Part shown: piece by piece, positions 29,384 to 38,886 of the stretch
Position numbering within the stretch: the stretch's first letter is position 1
How the letters are laid out: each line of letters starts with the position of its first letter
Source of the DNA: Candidatus Omnitrophota bacterium
Lineage (GTDB): Bacteria > Omnitrophota > Gorgyraeia > JAFGHF01
Length of the DNA stretch: 64,000 bases
NCBI GenBank assembly: GCA_020341815.1
Contig: CP070837.1
Coordinates: 135,229 to 199,228 of the forward strand
Direction of reading: 5' to 3'
Translations under genes and position numbers: made by a program
The notes under the pieces: generated by a model
Databases searched by the model: none
Told to the model about the DNA's origin: nothing
What the model saw: the letters and a program-made list of their open reading frames with translations, nothing else

Positions 29384-30194
29384 AAAGATAAGAATAGGCA
29401 TAATCGGCTGCGGCGCAATCGGATCGCAGTTGGCCGGGGCAATAAAAAATAACTTTTCTGAACAGGCCGAACTTTTTGCCATTTGCGATATAGATAGGGA
29501 TAAAGCAGAGAACCTGAAAGCAGATTTTTCTTTAGGGCCTGAGGTGCTCCTTATCGATGAATTGATTGAGAGGAGCGAGTTGATTATCGAGGCGGCTTCG
29601 GCGAAAATTTCATATGAAGTAGCCCAGAAGGCCTTGGCAGCGGGTAAAAATGTAATAATTATGAGCGTGGGAGGTATATTAGATAGATATGAGGAGCTTC
29701 GCGCCCTGGCACGGGATGCGGGCGGGCACATCTATCTTCCCAGCGGGGCAGTTGCAGGGCTGGATGCAGTAAAGGCCGCATCAATGGTGAGAGTTAACAA
29801 AGTCACTTTGACTACCCGCAAACCCCCTCAAGGATTAGCCGGGGCCCCTTATCTTGCAGAGAAAAATATAGACTTATCCGCCATCAAAGAAGAAACCGTG
29901 ATCTTTGAAGGAGATGCCTCCGAGGCAATAAAAGGATTTCCTCAAAATGTAAATGTCTGTGCTACCTTAAGCCTGGCCGGAATCGGACCGAAAAAGACAA
30001 GGGTGAAGATAATTGCTTCTCCCGAATATAAAACCAATATCCATGAAATAGAGGCAGAAGGGGATTTTGGAAGGCTCTTTGCCAGAACGGAAAATCTTCC
30101 CTTTCCCCAGAACCCCAGGACGAGTTTCCTGGCTTCTTTATCCGCTATCGCTACTTTGCGAAATATTTTGGATGTAGTGAAAATAGGAACATGA
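29373..30194 (+). CDS. nadX: L-aspartate dehydrogenase
   Basis: GCGAIG, PSGAVAGLD, RKPP, FPQNVNV, NPRTS; adjacent to nadA. Confidence 0.9.
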   Translation: MGNKKIRIGIIGCGAIGSQLAGAIKNNFSEQAELFAICDIDRDKAENLKADFSLGPEVLLIDELIERSELIIEAASAKISYEVAQKALAAGKNVIIMSVGGILDRYEELRALARDAGGHIYLPSGAVAGLDAVKAASMVRVNKVTLTTRKPPQGLAGAPYLAEKNIDLSAIKEETVIFEGDASEAIKGFPQNVNVCATLSLAGIGPKKTRVKIIASPEYKTNIHEIEAEGDFGRLFARTENLPFPQNPRTSFLASLSAIATLRNILDVVKIGT

Positions 30195-30212
30195 AGGGAG
30201 GTGAAAAGACTA

Positions 30213-30482
30213 ATGGCACAAAAAGTAATGAAATGCGGCGTCACTAGGAAGAAGGGCTATCTTTACTACCTTGATAAGAACGGTAACGTCGCCGAGGCAA
30301 AGATGGCCCGGGGCAGAAAAAGAGGTGGTGGCTCCAAGGTGGTCGTCAAATGCGGCATCAAGAGGAAAAAGGGTTATCTCTACTTCATTGACAAAAAAGG
30401 CGATGTCTCTATGGCCAAAATGGTTCGCGGCGGCCGCAAGAGAAAGAAGAAAAAGGCAACAAGAAGAAGGAGAAGAAGGTAG
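30213..30482 (+). CDS. small, very basic protein with an internal duplication (putative nucleic-acid binding)
   Basis: GGAGGTG RBS; two KCG..RKKGYLY..DK.G.V..AKM.RG repeats; poly-K/R tail. Confidence 0.8.
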   Translation: MAQKVMKCGVTRKKGYLYYLDKNGNVAEAKMARGRKRGGGSKVVVKCGIKRKKGYLYFIDKKGDVSMAKMVRGGRKRKKKKATRRRRRR

Positions 30483-30502
30483 TTTTATTTAAGTTTTGAG
30501 CT

Positions 30503-30565
30503 TAAGGCCCCTGTAATTGCTGCTTGGCCCGTTCAAAATTTTGAATGGGCTTTACAGGGGCCTTA
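30503..30565 (+). terminator. nested inverted repeat (terminator-like or palindromic element)
   Basis: 14-bp perfect IR TAAGGCCCCTGTAA/TTACAGGGGCCTTA enclosing GCCCGTTCAAAATTTTGAATGGGC. Confidence 0.55.
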
Positions 30566-30579
30566 CCCTTTGCTATAAT
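30551..30579 (+). promoter_or_regulatory. sigma70 promoter of uvrA
   Basis: TTTACA-N17-TATAAT with extended TG, 10 nt upstream of the ATG. Confidence 0.7.
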
Positions 30580-30589
30580 CGGACTAAAG

Positions 30590-33463
30590 ATGCCTAAGGA
30601 ATATATTATTATAAGAGGTGCCAAAGAGCACAACCTCAAAAGTATCAACCTCAAAATTCCCCGCGACAAATTAGTGGTCGTGACCGGCTTAAGCGGTTCG
30701 GGAAAATCTTCTCTTGCCTTTGATACTATTTATGCCGAAGGACAGAGAAGGTATGTAGAGAGCCTCTCCAGTTACGCCCGCCAGTTCTTAGAGCAGTTAC
30801 AGAAACCTGATGTAGAGCATATCGAAGGTATTTCTCCGGCAATCTCTATTGAACAGAGGCCCGCAGGCAGTAATCCGCGCTCTACGGTAGGCACTCAGAC
30901 CGAAATCTACGATTACCTGCGTCTTTTATTTGCCCGTGTAGGCAGGGCCCATTGCTATAAATGCGGCCGGGAGATTTCTCGCCAGAGCCCACAACATATC
31001 GTAGAGCAGATTCTCAAATTACCTGCCGAAAGCAATATTATGCTTCTGGCCCCTTGCATCCGGGGGCGTAAAGGTGAATTTCGTCAGGTCTTTAGCGACA
31101 TTCGCAAACAGGGTTTTGTGCGCGTACGGGTGGATAATAAAGTCTACGACATAGACGAAATAAACCCCGCCCTTCTTAAAAACCCTACGTCAAAGAATAT
31201 GTATAGATTGAGCGACAAAAAGAAGGGCGGGGTGAAATTAGATAAAAAAAGAGCTCATAGTATCGAAGCGGTAGTGGATAGGCTCAAGGTTAACCCTCTT
31301 GAGAAATCAAGGCTTACGGATTCGGTGGAGACTGCCTTAAAAGCAGGAGGAGGAATAGTAATTGTTTCCAGACTCATCAAAAAAGGGCGTTGGCAGGATA
31401 TGCTCTTCAGTGAAGATTATGCCTGCGTTGATTGCGGCATAAGTTTTGCTGAGCTGCAACCACGCGATTTTTCCTTTAACAGCCCTTATGGAGCATGCAG
31501 CGCCTGTAATGGGCTGGGCACCAAGATTGAGGTGGATCCGGATCTTTTAGTGCCGGATAAAAACCGCTCGCTTTCCGAAGGCGCACTTGAGCCTTGGAGA
31601 AAAGGAGGCAGGGGTTATATCCTATATTATCGAGGGCTGATAAGGGAATTGGCCAGACAAATGGGCTTCAGTATAGATATCCCTTTTAAAAAACTAAATA
31701 AAAATGTGCGCAAGGCGATTTTTTACGGATGCGACGAATATGTCTGGGGCAAGCCGTTTGAAGGGGTGATTCCCCACCTGGAGCGTCTTTTCCGGGAGAC
31801 CGAGAGCGAGTATTTAAAATCCGAAATCAATAACTTTATGAGTATCTTGCCTTGTCCTGTCTGCGACGGGGCGCGCCTGAAAAAAGAAAGTCTGGCCGTA
31901 ACCATCAATAATAAAAGCATATGGGATGTGGTCAGAATGTCTATTAGCCGGCTCAAAGGTTTTTTCGAAGAGTTGGATCTTACTCCCGCAGAAAGCATAA
32001 TTGCCCATCAGGCCCTCAAGGGCATTAAGGAAAGATGCAGATTTATGCTCAATGTGGGGCTGGACTATCTGACTTTAGAGAGGGCCGCCGGTACTCTTTC
32101 CGGAGGCGAGGCTCAACGCATTCGCCTGGCCACACAGGTGGGGGCGGGGCTAGTGGGTGTGGTTTATATACTGGATGAGCCCAGTATCGGCCTGCACCAG
32201 AGGGATAACAGGAAGCTTCTGAACACGCTTTGCGCTCTTCGGGACCTGGGAAACAGCTTGATTGTCGTAGAGCATGATGAGGCCACTATAAGGTCTGCAG
32301 ATTATATTATCGATCTGGGGCCCGGGGCAGGCCGTCATGGCGGAAAGGTTGTAGCCTGCGGAAGCTTTAAGAGTTTATTAAGGTCGCGCGAGTCTTTAAC
32401 CGCCAGATATCTGCGCGGGCAGCTTAAAATAGAAGTGCCCAAGGCAAGGAGAAAGATAAATGCCAAGGCCCTGCAGGTCTGGGGTGCACGCGAACACAAT
32501 CTAAAAAATATAAATGTGCGTATCCCCCTGGGGTTATTTGTCTGCGTCAGCGGCGTATCCGGCTCAGGCAAAAGCACGCTTGTGGATGAGATTCTTTACC
32601 GGGGCCTGGCAAAGAAGCTCTACCGCCATAAAGAAAGGCCCGGGGCACATGACAAAATTACCGGAGCGGAATTTATAGATAAGGTGATTGTGGTGGATCA
32701 GTCTCCCATTGGCCGCACGCCCCGCTCTAATCCGGCTACCTATTCAGGGGTTTTTACTCATATCCGTGAGCTTTTCTCTAGACTTCCGGAGTCGCGTATG
32801 GCAGGATATAAGCCGGGCAGGTTCAGCTTTAATCTTAAAGGCGGAAGGTGCGAAGACTGCCAGGGCGAGGGGATAAAAAGGATAGAGATGCACTTTCTTC
32901 CCGATGTTTATGTTAGCTGTGAGACTTGTCGGGGCTTAAGGTTCAACGAGCAGACCTTGGGAATAAAATATAAGGGAAAATCTATTGCCGATGTTTTGAA
33001 TATGACAACGGAAGATGCCTTGAACTTATTTAAGAATATCCCCAGAATCAGAGAGAAGCTGGCAATTCTTAATGATGTGGGCCTGGGGTATATTCAGCTG
33101 GGTCAGTCGGCAACTACCCTCTCAGGAGGCGAGGCCCAGAGACTGAAGCTTTCTGCGGAATTAGGCAAGAGGGCTACCGGCAAGACGCTCTATATACTGG
33201 ATGAGCCCACAACGGGATTGCATTTTGCGGATATAGATAAGTTACTCGCTGTTTTACAGAGATTGGTTGATATGGGTAATACAGTGCTTGTGATCGAGCA
33301 CAATTTGGAGGTGCTTAAAAGCGCCGATTATATTATTGATTTGGGGCCTGAAGCAGGAGAGTCCGGAGGCCGCATTGTTGGCTGCGGTACACCGGAAGAA
33401 CTGGCCAGGATTGAAAGTTCCTTCACCGGTAAATATTTGAAAAAGATTTTGATGAGATGCTAA
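30590..33463 (+). CDS. uvrA: excinuclease ABC subunit A
   Basis: GLSGSGKSS, two LSGGE signatures, zinc fingers; start at ATG 30590. Confidence 0.97.
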   Translation: MPKEYIIIRGAKEHNLKSINLKIPRDKLVVVTGLSGSGKSSLAFDTIYAEGQRRYVESLSSYARQFLEQLQKPDVEHIEGISPAISIEQRPAGSNPRSTVGTQTEIYDYLRLLFARVGRAHCYKCGREISRQSPQHIVEQILKLPAESNIMLLAPCIRGRKGEFRQVFSDIRKQGFVRVRVDNKVYDIDEINPALLKNPTSKNMYRLSDKKKGGVKLDKKRAHSIEAVVDRLKVNPLEKSRLTDSVETALKAGGGIVIVSRLIKKGRWQDMLFSEDYACVDCGISFAELQPRDFSFNSPYGACSACNGLGTKIEVDPDLLVPDKNRSLSEGALEPWRKGGRGYILYYRGLIRELARQMGFSIDIPFKKLNKNVRKAIFYGCDEYVWGKPFEGVIPHLERLFRETESEYLKSEINNFMSILPCPVCDGARLKKESLAVTINNKSIWDVVRMSISRLKGFFEELDLTPAESIIAHQALKGIKERCRFMLNVGLDYLTLERAAGTLSGGEAQRIRLATQVGAGLVGVVYILDEPSIGLHQRDNRKLLNTLCALRDLGNSLIVVEHDEATIRSADYIIDLGPGAGRHGGKVVACGSFKSLLRSRESLTARYLRGQLKIEVPKARRKINAKALQVWGAREHNLKNINVRIPLGLFVCVSGVSGSGKSTLVDEILYRGLAKKLYRHKERPGAHDKITGAEFIDKVIVVDQSPIGRTPRSNPATYSGVFTHIRELFSRLPESRMAGYKPGRFSFNLKGGRCEDCQGEGIKRIEMHFLPDVYVSCETCRGLRFNEQTLGIKYKGKSIADVLNMTTEDALNLFKNIPRIREKLAILNDVGLGYIQLGQSATTLSGGEAQRLKLSAELGKRATGKTLYILDEPTTGLHFADIDKLLAVLQRLVDMGNTVLVIEHNLEVLKSADYIIDLGPEAGESGGRIVGCGTPEELARIESSFTGKYLKKILMRC
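31165..31236 (+). mobile_element. hairpin insertion element copy 5 (72 bp), in frame within uvrA
   Basis: ATAAA|CCCCGCCCTTCTT...AAGAAGGGCGGGG-TGAA; adds [24 protein letters not shown]. Confidence 0.85.
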
Positions 33464-35946
33464 GGATTATTTATATCTGGATTATTTTATTTTTTCTCAG
33501 TTGTTTGAGCGGGACTGCTTCTTGCGAAGAGCCGCAGGATTTATATTTAGCCAAACGGGCCTTCGATGACGGCTTTTATGAAATTGCCCTTAAGCACTTC
33601 CAGAAATATCAACAGGTTAATCCCGAGGCACAGATTTTTATCGGCCGTTGTTATCTAAATTTAAATAAGTTTCCGGAGGCCCTGGAGGTACTGGGTGAGA
33701 TTTTGAAGCAGGATTCCCGCGAAAATAAATTTTTAGACTCAGCTACCTATTGGACGGCACAAACATATTTTAAAGCCAAGGATTATGAAAATGCCCTTAG
33801 CTTTTTTGAGAAGGTGATCGGCTCTTACCCAAATTCTTCCCTCCTGCCGCAGAGTTATTATTATCGAGCTTGCTGCTATTATCAACGCCAGCAATACAAT
33901 CAGGCATTTAATTTTTATAAAGAATTCAATAAGGCTTTTAATAGGCACCAATTGAAGGAAAAAAGCTCTTTCCGTATTGCCCAGTGCCTCTACAATATTA
34001 AAAATTATAAGCAGGCTCATAAAGAATTCAAATCATTTCTTAAGAGTTTTTCTAAGTCGGGAGAGAGAAATAGCGCCTTCTATTATTTAGGCGAGATAGA
34101 ATATACCAGAGGCAATTTCAATAAAGCCCTGGGCTATTATACCGAGGCCGCTGAGCTTCTGCCCAAGGTGAAAATTGCTGCTCTGGCTAAATATGCCAGG
34201 GGCTGGTCCTACCTTAAGCTCGAAGAATATAAAAAGGCTCTGAATGAGTTTAACAGATTGCAAAGGGCTTCAAGTTTCGGCCCGGCCTTAGAAGATTCGA
34301 TAATTTTTGCTAAAGGACGTTGCAATGCTTATTTAAGGAGATACCCGGAGAGCATTCAATTATATGAAAAAATTATCAATGAGTTTAGTCACTCTTCCTG
34401 GTTTGCCGATGTCTATTTTTGGAAAGGCCAGGCACTTTATGAAATGGGAGAATACAAACAGGCTTGCCAGACCTATGAAGAGGCCTTGGAGAGGTTTTCT
34501 AAAAGCCCTTCTCTTAGAAGAATTGATAAGGATTCAGTCGTCTATGAGCGCGAGGGTTTTTCCGATAATCTAATCGATAATCTTCGTTATAATCTGGGCT
34601 GGGCCTATGCCAGAATGAAAGACTATACGCAAGCCATAGATCAGTTCAGGCAGGTCTTCGAACGTTCCGGCGAGCGCTTTCTTAAAAGCGGAGCGCTTTG
34701 CAGAATAGGGGATATCTATCTTGAGCAGGCAGATACCAAAGAGGCAATTAAGCATTACGATTCCGTATTGAAAGACTTTTCCGCCTCCTATTATGCGGAT
34801 TATGCTCAATATCAATTGGGTGTTGCCTTCTGCGAAGAAAAGAGATTTGATAGCGCGATATTGGCTTTTAATGCTTTGATAGCCAATTTTCCCCAGAGCA
34901 ATCTTCAGGATAAGGCGCATTATCAAATAGCCGCAATATATTTTCGCCAGGGCAGGTTTTCTCAAGTCCAAGAGCAGATGGATAATTTAATTAAGAAGTT
35001 TCCGCGCAGCCAGCTTAAAAGCGAGGCTACTTTTCTTAAAGGCTTCGCCTATTACAATAACAAGAAATATAAAGAGGCAGAAGAGGCTTTTAGCGATGTC
35101 CTGCGTCTATCAGAAGATACAAAGCTAAAGTTGAAAGCGCAATATCAGATAGGATTTTGTTTTTACCAGAGGGGCGAAGAGGAAAGAGCTATAAAAGAGT
35201 TTAAAAAGTTTTTAAGTATTTATCCTGATTCGGAGTTGAGTTGCGACTTATTATTTTGGATGGGAAAGTATTATTTTCGCAAAAAGGATTATAGTAAAGC
35301 GCAAAAATATTTCGCCGACTTAAAAGAAGAGTTTCCTCGCAAGGAATTAGTTGATGATGCCTTGTTCTGGCAGGCCAAGGCACTTTCTGAGCAGAATAAG
35401 TCGAAGGAGGCGCTTAAATTATTGAAAGATCTGGAGAATGGTTATCCAAATAGCGATTTGGCGGCTGATGCCTTGTTGCTTCAGGGAGATATCTTGAAAG
35501 CTGAAAACAGGATGGATGAAGCCAGGAATTTACATAAAATAGTCTGCAGTAGATTTAGGGAAACAAACTTTGAGCGTCTCGCCCATAAAAAAATAGCTGA
35601 GATTATGCTTGAAGAGGGGCAGTTTCTTGAGGCCATTGAGGAATATGGCCGGGCCTTGGGTTCCGACAGCGATGACTTCAATGCCCAGATACAATTTGCC
35701 ATAGCCGACTGTTTTCAAGGACAGAAAGACCTCATCCGGGCCCTGGACGAATACTTAAAGGTCTGCTATCTTTACCCCGATGCCTTTGAGTGGGCAAAGA
35801 AGGCCCAGTTTGAATGCGCGCAGATTTTTGAAGAGCAGGCCGATTGGCAAAAGGCCAAAGATATCTATGAAAAATTGGCTAAAGGTAAGGGTGAAGAGGC
35901 CGAGTTTGCACGCAAGAGATTAGAACAGTTGGGGGGAGAAAAGTAA
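33457..35946 (+). CDS. exported multi-TPR protein
   Basis: signal peptide; many A.Y..G..Y...Y..A...F...YP.S repeats. Confidence 0.85.
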   Translation: MLRIIYIWIILFFLSCLSGTASCEEPQDLYLAKRAFDDGFYEIALKHFQKYQQVNPEAQIFIGRCYLNLNKFPEALEVLGEILKQDSRENKFLDSATYWTAQTYFKAKDYENALSFFEKVIGSYPNSSLLPQSYYYRACCYYQRQQYNQAFNFYKEFNKAFNRHQLKEKSSFRIAQCLYNIKNYKQAHKEFKSFLKSFSKSGERNSAFYYLGEIEYTRGNFNKALGYYTEAAELLPKVKIAALAKYARGWSYLKLEEYKKALNEFNRLQRASSFGPALEDSIIFAKGRCNAYLRRYPESIQLYEKIINEFSHSSWFADVYFWKGQALYEMGEYKQACQTYEEALERFSKSPSLRRIDKDSVVYEREGFSDNLIDNLRYNLGWAYARMKDYTQAIDQFRQVFERSGERFLKSGALCRIGDIYLEQADTKEAIKHYDSVLKDFSASYYADYAQYQLGVAFCEEKRFDSAILAFNALIANFPQSNLQDKAHYQIAAIYFRQGRFSQVQEQMDNLIKKFPRSQLKSEATFLKGFAYYNNKKYKEAEEAFSDVLRLSEDTKLKLKAQYQIGFCFYQRGEEERAIKEFKKFLSIYPDSELSCDLLFWMGKYYFRKKDYSKAQKYFADLKEEFPRKELVDDALFWQAKALSEQNKSKEALKLLKDLENGYPNSDLAADALLLQGDILKAENRMDEARNLHKIVCSRFRETNFERLAHKKIAEIMLEEGQFLEAIEEYGRALGSDSDDFNAQIQFAIADCFQGQKDLIRALDEYLKVCYLYPDAFEWAKKAQFECAQIFEEQADWQKAKDIYEKLAKGKGEEAEFARKRLEQLGGEK

Positions 35947-35948
35947 AC

Positions 35949-37529
35949 TTGAATAAGCTGCATAAGGTAAGCTTAATCTTTTTATTTTTTGCACTTTTTA
36001 TTCAGCAGAATTGCTTTGGCGAGAAAGTCTGGCAGCGACTGGATTCGGAAGTCAAAGACTCAGAGATTATCTCAATTTCTGTCTTTTCAGGGAATGATAG
36101 TTTTATTTGTGCTGCAAGCGAGAACTGCGTTTATCTTTCAAAAGACGCAGGAGATTCCTGGAAAGAGGTTTTCTCTCTCAAAGTTGCTACGGGTGAGATA
36201 AACTTTGTCGCTTTTGATTGTCTGGATGAGGAGACTTTGTATTTAGCTACAACCGAGGGACTCTTTATCAGGAAAGACCAGCGCTGGCAGAAGGTATTCT
36301 CAAAACCAAGCGAGGAGGCAAATAATGTGCTTCGGATTGCTCCTGCCTGTTTTGATTCCCGCAAGCTTTATATTGGTACAAAAGAAGGCTTGTACTTTTC
36401 TCAGGATAAGGCACAGACTTGGAAGAGGCTTAAAGGAGGCCTGCCTCGCTCGGAAATCAGGTCCATTGCGGCTCATACAGATAATTCCTTTGTTTTATAT
36501 TTAGCCAATACATACGGCCTTTTTAAATCGACAGATGTCGGCCGCTCCTGGCGAAGGATTTACGTTACCAGCTATAAAGTTAGCGATGAAGAAGAGGAAG
36601 AGAGTGACGAGGAAGAGGATTCGCAAAATCTGATTAACTGTATTGCCATTGACAGGACCGATCCCAGAAGAGTGTTTATTGCTACAGGTAAAGGTGTCTT
36701 GGTTTCTCCGGATGCGGGAGAAAGCTGGAATAGATTACCCAGCCGAGGTTTGGTTTGCGATTATGTCAATTTTATAGTTATCTCAAGTAAAAAAGGCACG
36801 TTATATGCGGCTACAAATAACGGTGTATTCAAATTTTCTCCTCAATCGGATAGCTGGCAGGAAATCTACCAGGGTATGACCGGGCGCAATGTTTATTCTC
36901 TTGCCTTGGGTATGGATGAGGAGCATCTGTTTGCCGCTACGGATAAGGGGATTTTTAACACAGTTAGGGCCAAAGATATCCAAAAACAAAAAGTAAAGAA
37001 AGAAAAAGATAAACCGGCTCTTGAACAAGTGCTTAAGGAGCTCACCCTGAAGGAGCCGACTATCCGGGAGGTTCAGGAGGCGGCGATAAGATATGCCGAA
37101 GTGGTTCATCCTAAGGTATTTAAAGCTCTACGCAGGGATTCCAGGCTCAGGGGGTTTTTGCCAACTATAAGTTTAGATTATGATAAGACTGTATATGGAA
37201 GTTCCAACAATAAAGTTGGATTTGTCGGTCCTCGCGACTGGGGGCTTAGCTTTTCCTGGGATGTGGGGGAGCTTCTTTTTAGCGAGCAGACAAGATTGGT
37301 GGACAGTAACATCCGCCTGGCGGTGCAGCTGCGTGATGATATCCTTGATGAAGTAACGCGGCTCTATTATGAAAGGCGAAAGTTGCAGACAGAACTTATC
37401 GTCAGGCCACCCAAAAAGACCGAAGATAAACTGGCCCAAACCCTGAGACTACAAGAGCTAACCGCAAATATTGATGCCTTAACCGGGGGCTACTTCTCCC
37501 GACAGCTGAAAATGGCTAATTGCAAATAA
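35949..37529 (+). CDS. exported BNR/Asp-box beta-propeller protein with a helical C-terminal domain
   Basis: signal peptide, repeated SxDxGxxW boxes, acidic run. Confidence 0.75.
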   Translation: MNKLHKVSLIFLFFALFIQQNCFGEKVWQRLDSEVKDSEIISISVFSGNDSFICAASENCVYLSKDAGDSWKEVFSLKVATGEINFVAFDCLDEETLYLATTEGLFIRKDQRWQKVFSKPSEEANNVLRIAPACFDSRKLYIGTKEGLYFSQDKAQTWKRLKGGLPRSEIRSIAAHTDNSFVLYLANTYGLFKSTDVGRSWRRIYVTSYKVSDEEEEESDEEEDSQNLINCIAIDRTDPRRVFIATGKGVLVSPDAGESWNRLPSRGLVCDYVNFIVISSKKGTLYAATNNGVFKFSPQSDSWQEIYQGMTGRNVYSLALGMDEEHLFAATDKGIFNTVRAKDIQKQKVKKEKDKPALEQVLKELTLKEPTIREVQEAAIRYAEVVHPKVFKALRRDSRLRGFLPTISLDYDKTVYGSSNNKVGFVGPRDWGLSFSWDVGELLFSEQTRLVDSNIRLAVQLRDDILDEVTRLYYERRKLQTELIVRPPKKTEDKLAQTLRLQELTANIDALTGGYFSRQLKMANCK

Positions 37530-37612
37530 ATGTCGGTTATAACCATTTTCTTATCAAGCGGTTACGAATACAAGTTTATTCTTTTGAAATTGTTGAATAA
37601 TTTGAAATAAAT

Positions 37613-37671
37613 GTTGTATTTATTTTACAACTATGGTATACTTTAAGTAGGCGTAGTAGATATATTACAAC
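37613..37671 (+). promoter_or_regulatory. promoter with two palindromic operators upstream of the XRE gene
   Basis: TTGTAT-N17-TATACT (37614-37642); GTTGTA-N7-TACAAC at 37613 and GTAGTA-N7-TACAAC at 37653. Confidence 0.7.
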
Positions 37672-37712
37672 ACTGCGGTCATTAGAACTGTTAAACAGAA
37701 AGGTAGGTGAGT

Positions 37713-38081
37713 ATGATGGTTACCTTTGGAGAATTCTTTAAACAGAAAAGAATTTCTTTAGGTAAGACATTAAGGCAGTTCTGCTTAGAGAATCAACTGG
37801 ACCCTGGCAATATCAGCAAGATAGAAAGAGGGAAATTACCTCCGCCTGCTTCAGAGGAAAAATTGAAAGAGTATGCTAAATATTTAAATATCCAATTTGG
37901 CAGTGAAGAATGGCAAACATTTAAAGATTTAGCTTCTCTTAGCGCCGGTAAGATACCCGATGATTTAAAGAATGAGCAGGAATTGCTTGCAAGACTTCCT
38001 GTATTCTTTAGGACATTAAGAGATAAAAAATTCTCGGAAGAAGATTTGAAGGAGCTGATTAAAAAAATCAGAGAATCATGA
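37713..38081 (+). CDS. XRE-family HTH regulator
   Basis: FGEF.K.KR...TLRQFC...DPGNISKIERG. Confidence 0.88.
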   Translation: MMVTFGEFFKQKRISLGKTLRQFCLENQLDPGNISKIERGKLPPPASEEKLKEYAKYLNIQFGSEEWQTFKDLASLSAGKIPDDLKNEQELLARLPVFFRTLRDKKFSEEDLKELIKKIRES

Positions 38082-38084
38082 TAG

Positions 38085-38717
38085 ATGGAACTCCAGCCAA
38101 TATTTAAAACTAAAGAGCAAATAAATTCTGAAGCAGAAAGTTTTTTAAAAAAGTACCATCCATCCAAAGCTATCCCTATCCCAATAGAACAAATAATAGA
38201 TATACAATTACAAATCGATATTATTTCAATTCCTGGCTTAAAAGATGCCTCTGAAACATTAGACCATGATATAGATGCATTTATTTCTTCAGATTTCAGA
38301 AGTATTTCCGTAGATAAGTATATTTATGATAAAGTTGCTACCCGATATAGATTTACTTTAGCGCATGAAATTGGGCATATGATACTTCACGAATATTTAT
38401 ATGCACAATTTAAATTTAATAAAATGGATGAATTTATTACAACCATTAACGAGATGCCATTGAAGGAACGGGGAATGGTTGAATGGCAAGCCGATGAATT
38501 TGCCGGTTTAATTCTTGTGCCTCGAGAATTTCTGGAAGAGAAATTTAAAAAAGCGCTAACAAGAGCTGAAGAAGTACTCAATACATCTTTTAAGGATAGT
38601 CCGGATTTTGTAATAGATGTGGCAATTGCCTATCTTGCACAAGACTTTGCTGTAAGTGCAGATGTAGCAAGAATACGGCTCGAAAGAGATGGTTTAAAGG
38701 AAAAACAGCTTCAATAA
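38085..38717 (+). CDS. ImmA/IrrE-family metallopeptidase
   Basis: RFTLAHEIGH, EWQADEFAG.ILVP, FAVS. Confidence 0.88.
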   Translation: MELQPIFKTKEQINSEAESFLKKYHPSKAIPIPIEQIIDIQLQIDIISIPGLKDASETLDHDIDAFISSDFRSISVDKYIYDKVATRYRFTLAHEIGHMILHEYLYAQFKFNKMDEFITTINEMPLKERGMVEWQADEFAGLILVPREFLEEKFKKALTRAEEVLNTSFKDSPDFVIDVAIAYLAQDFAVSADVARIRLERDGLKEKQLQ

Positions 38718-38789
38718 ATAAACCATACCGACGTTGATATTGCTGTCAAAACAGGCGTTTTGAAGTGGAAAGAGTCATGAACTTTTCTC

Positions 38790-38818
38790 TTGACTAACCC
38801 TATATTTTATGGTATGTT
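38790..38818 (+). promoter_or_regulatory. sigma70 promoter of polA
   Basis: TTGACT-N17-TATGTT with extended TG. Confidence 0.55.
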
Positions 38819-38886
38819 AAGCCAAATTTGCCTCTCTTTAATTAGCCCGTCAAGGTTAGTCCTTTGATGACAGACTCCATATTATT

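Noticed and set aside
36580-36625. GAA/GAG-rich run in the beta-propeller gene
   Set aside because: A low-complexity acidic linker (SDEEEEESDEEEDS), not a dispersed repeat.
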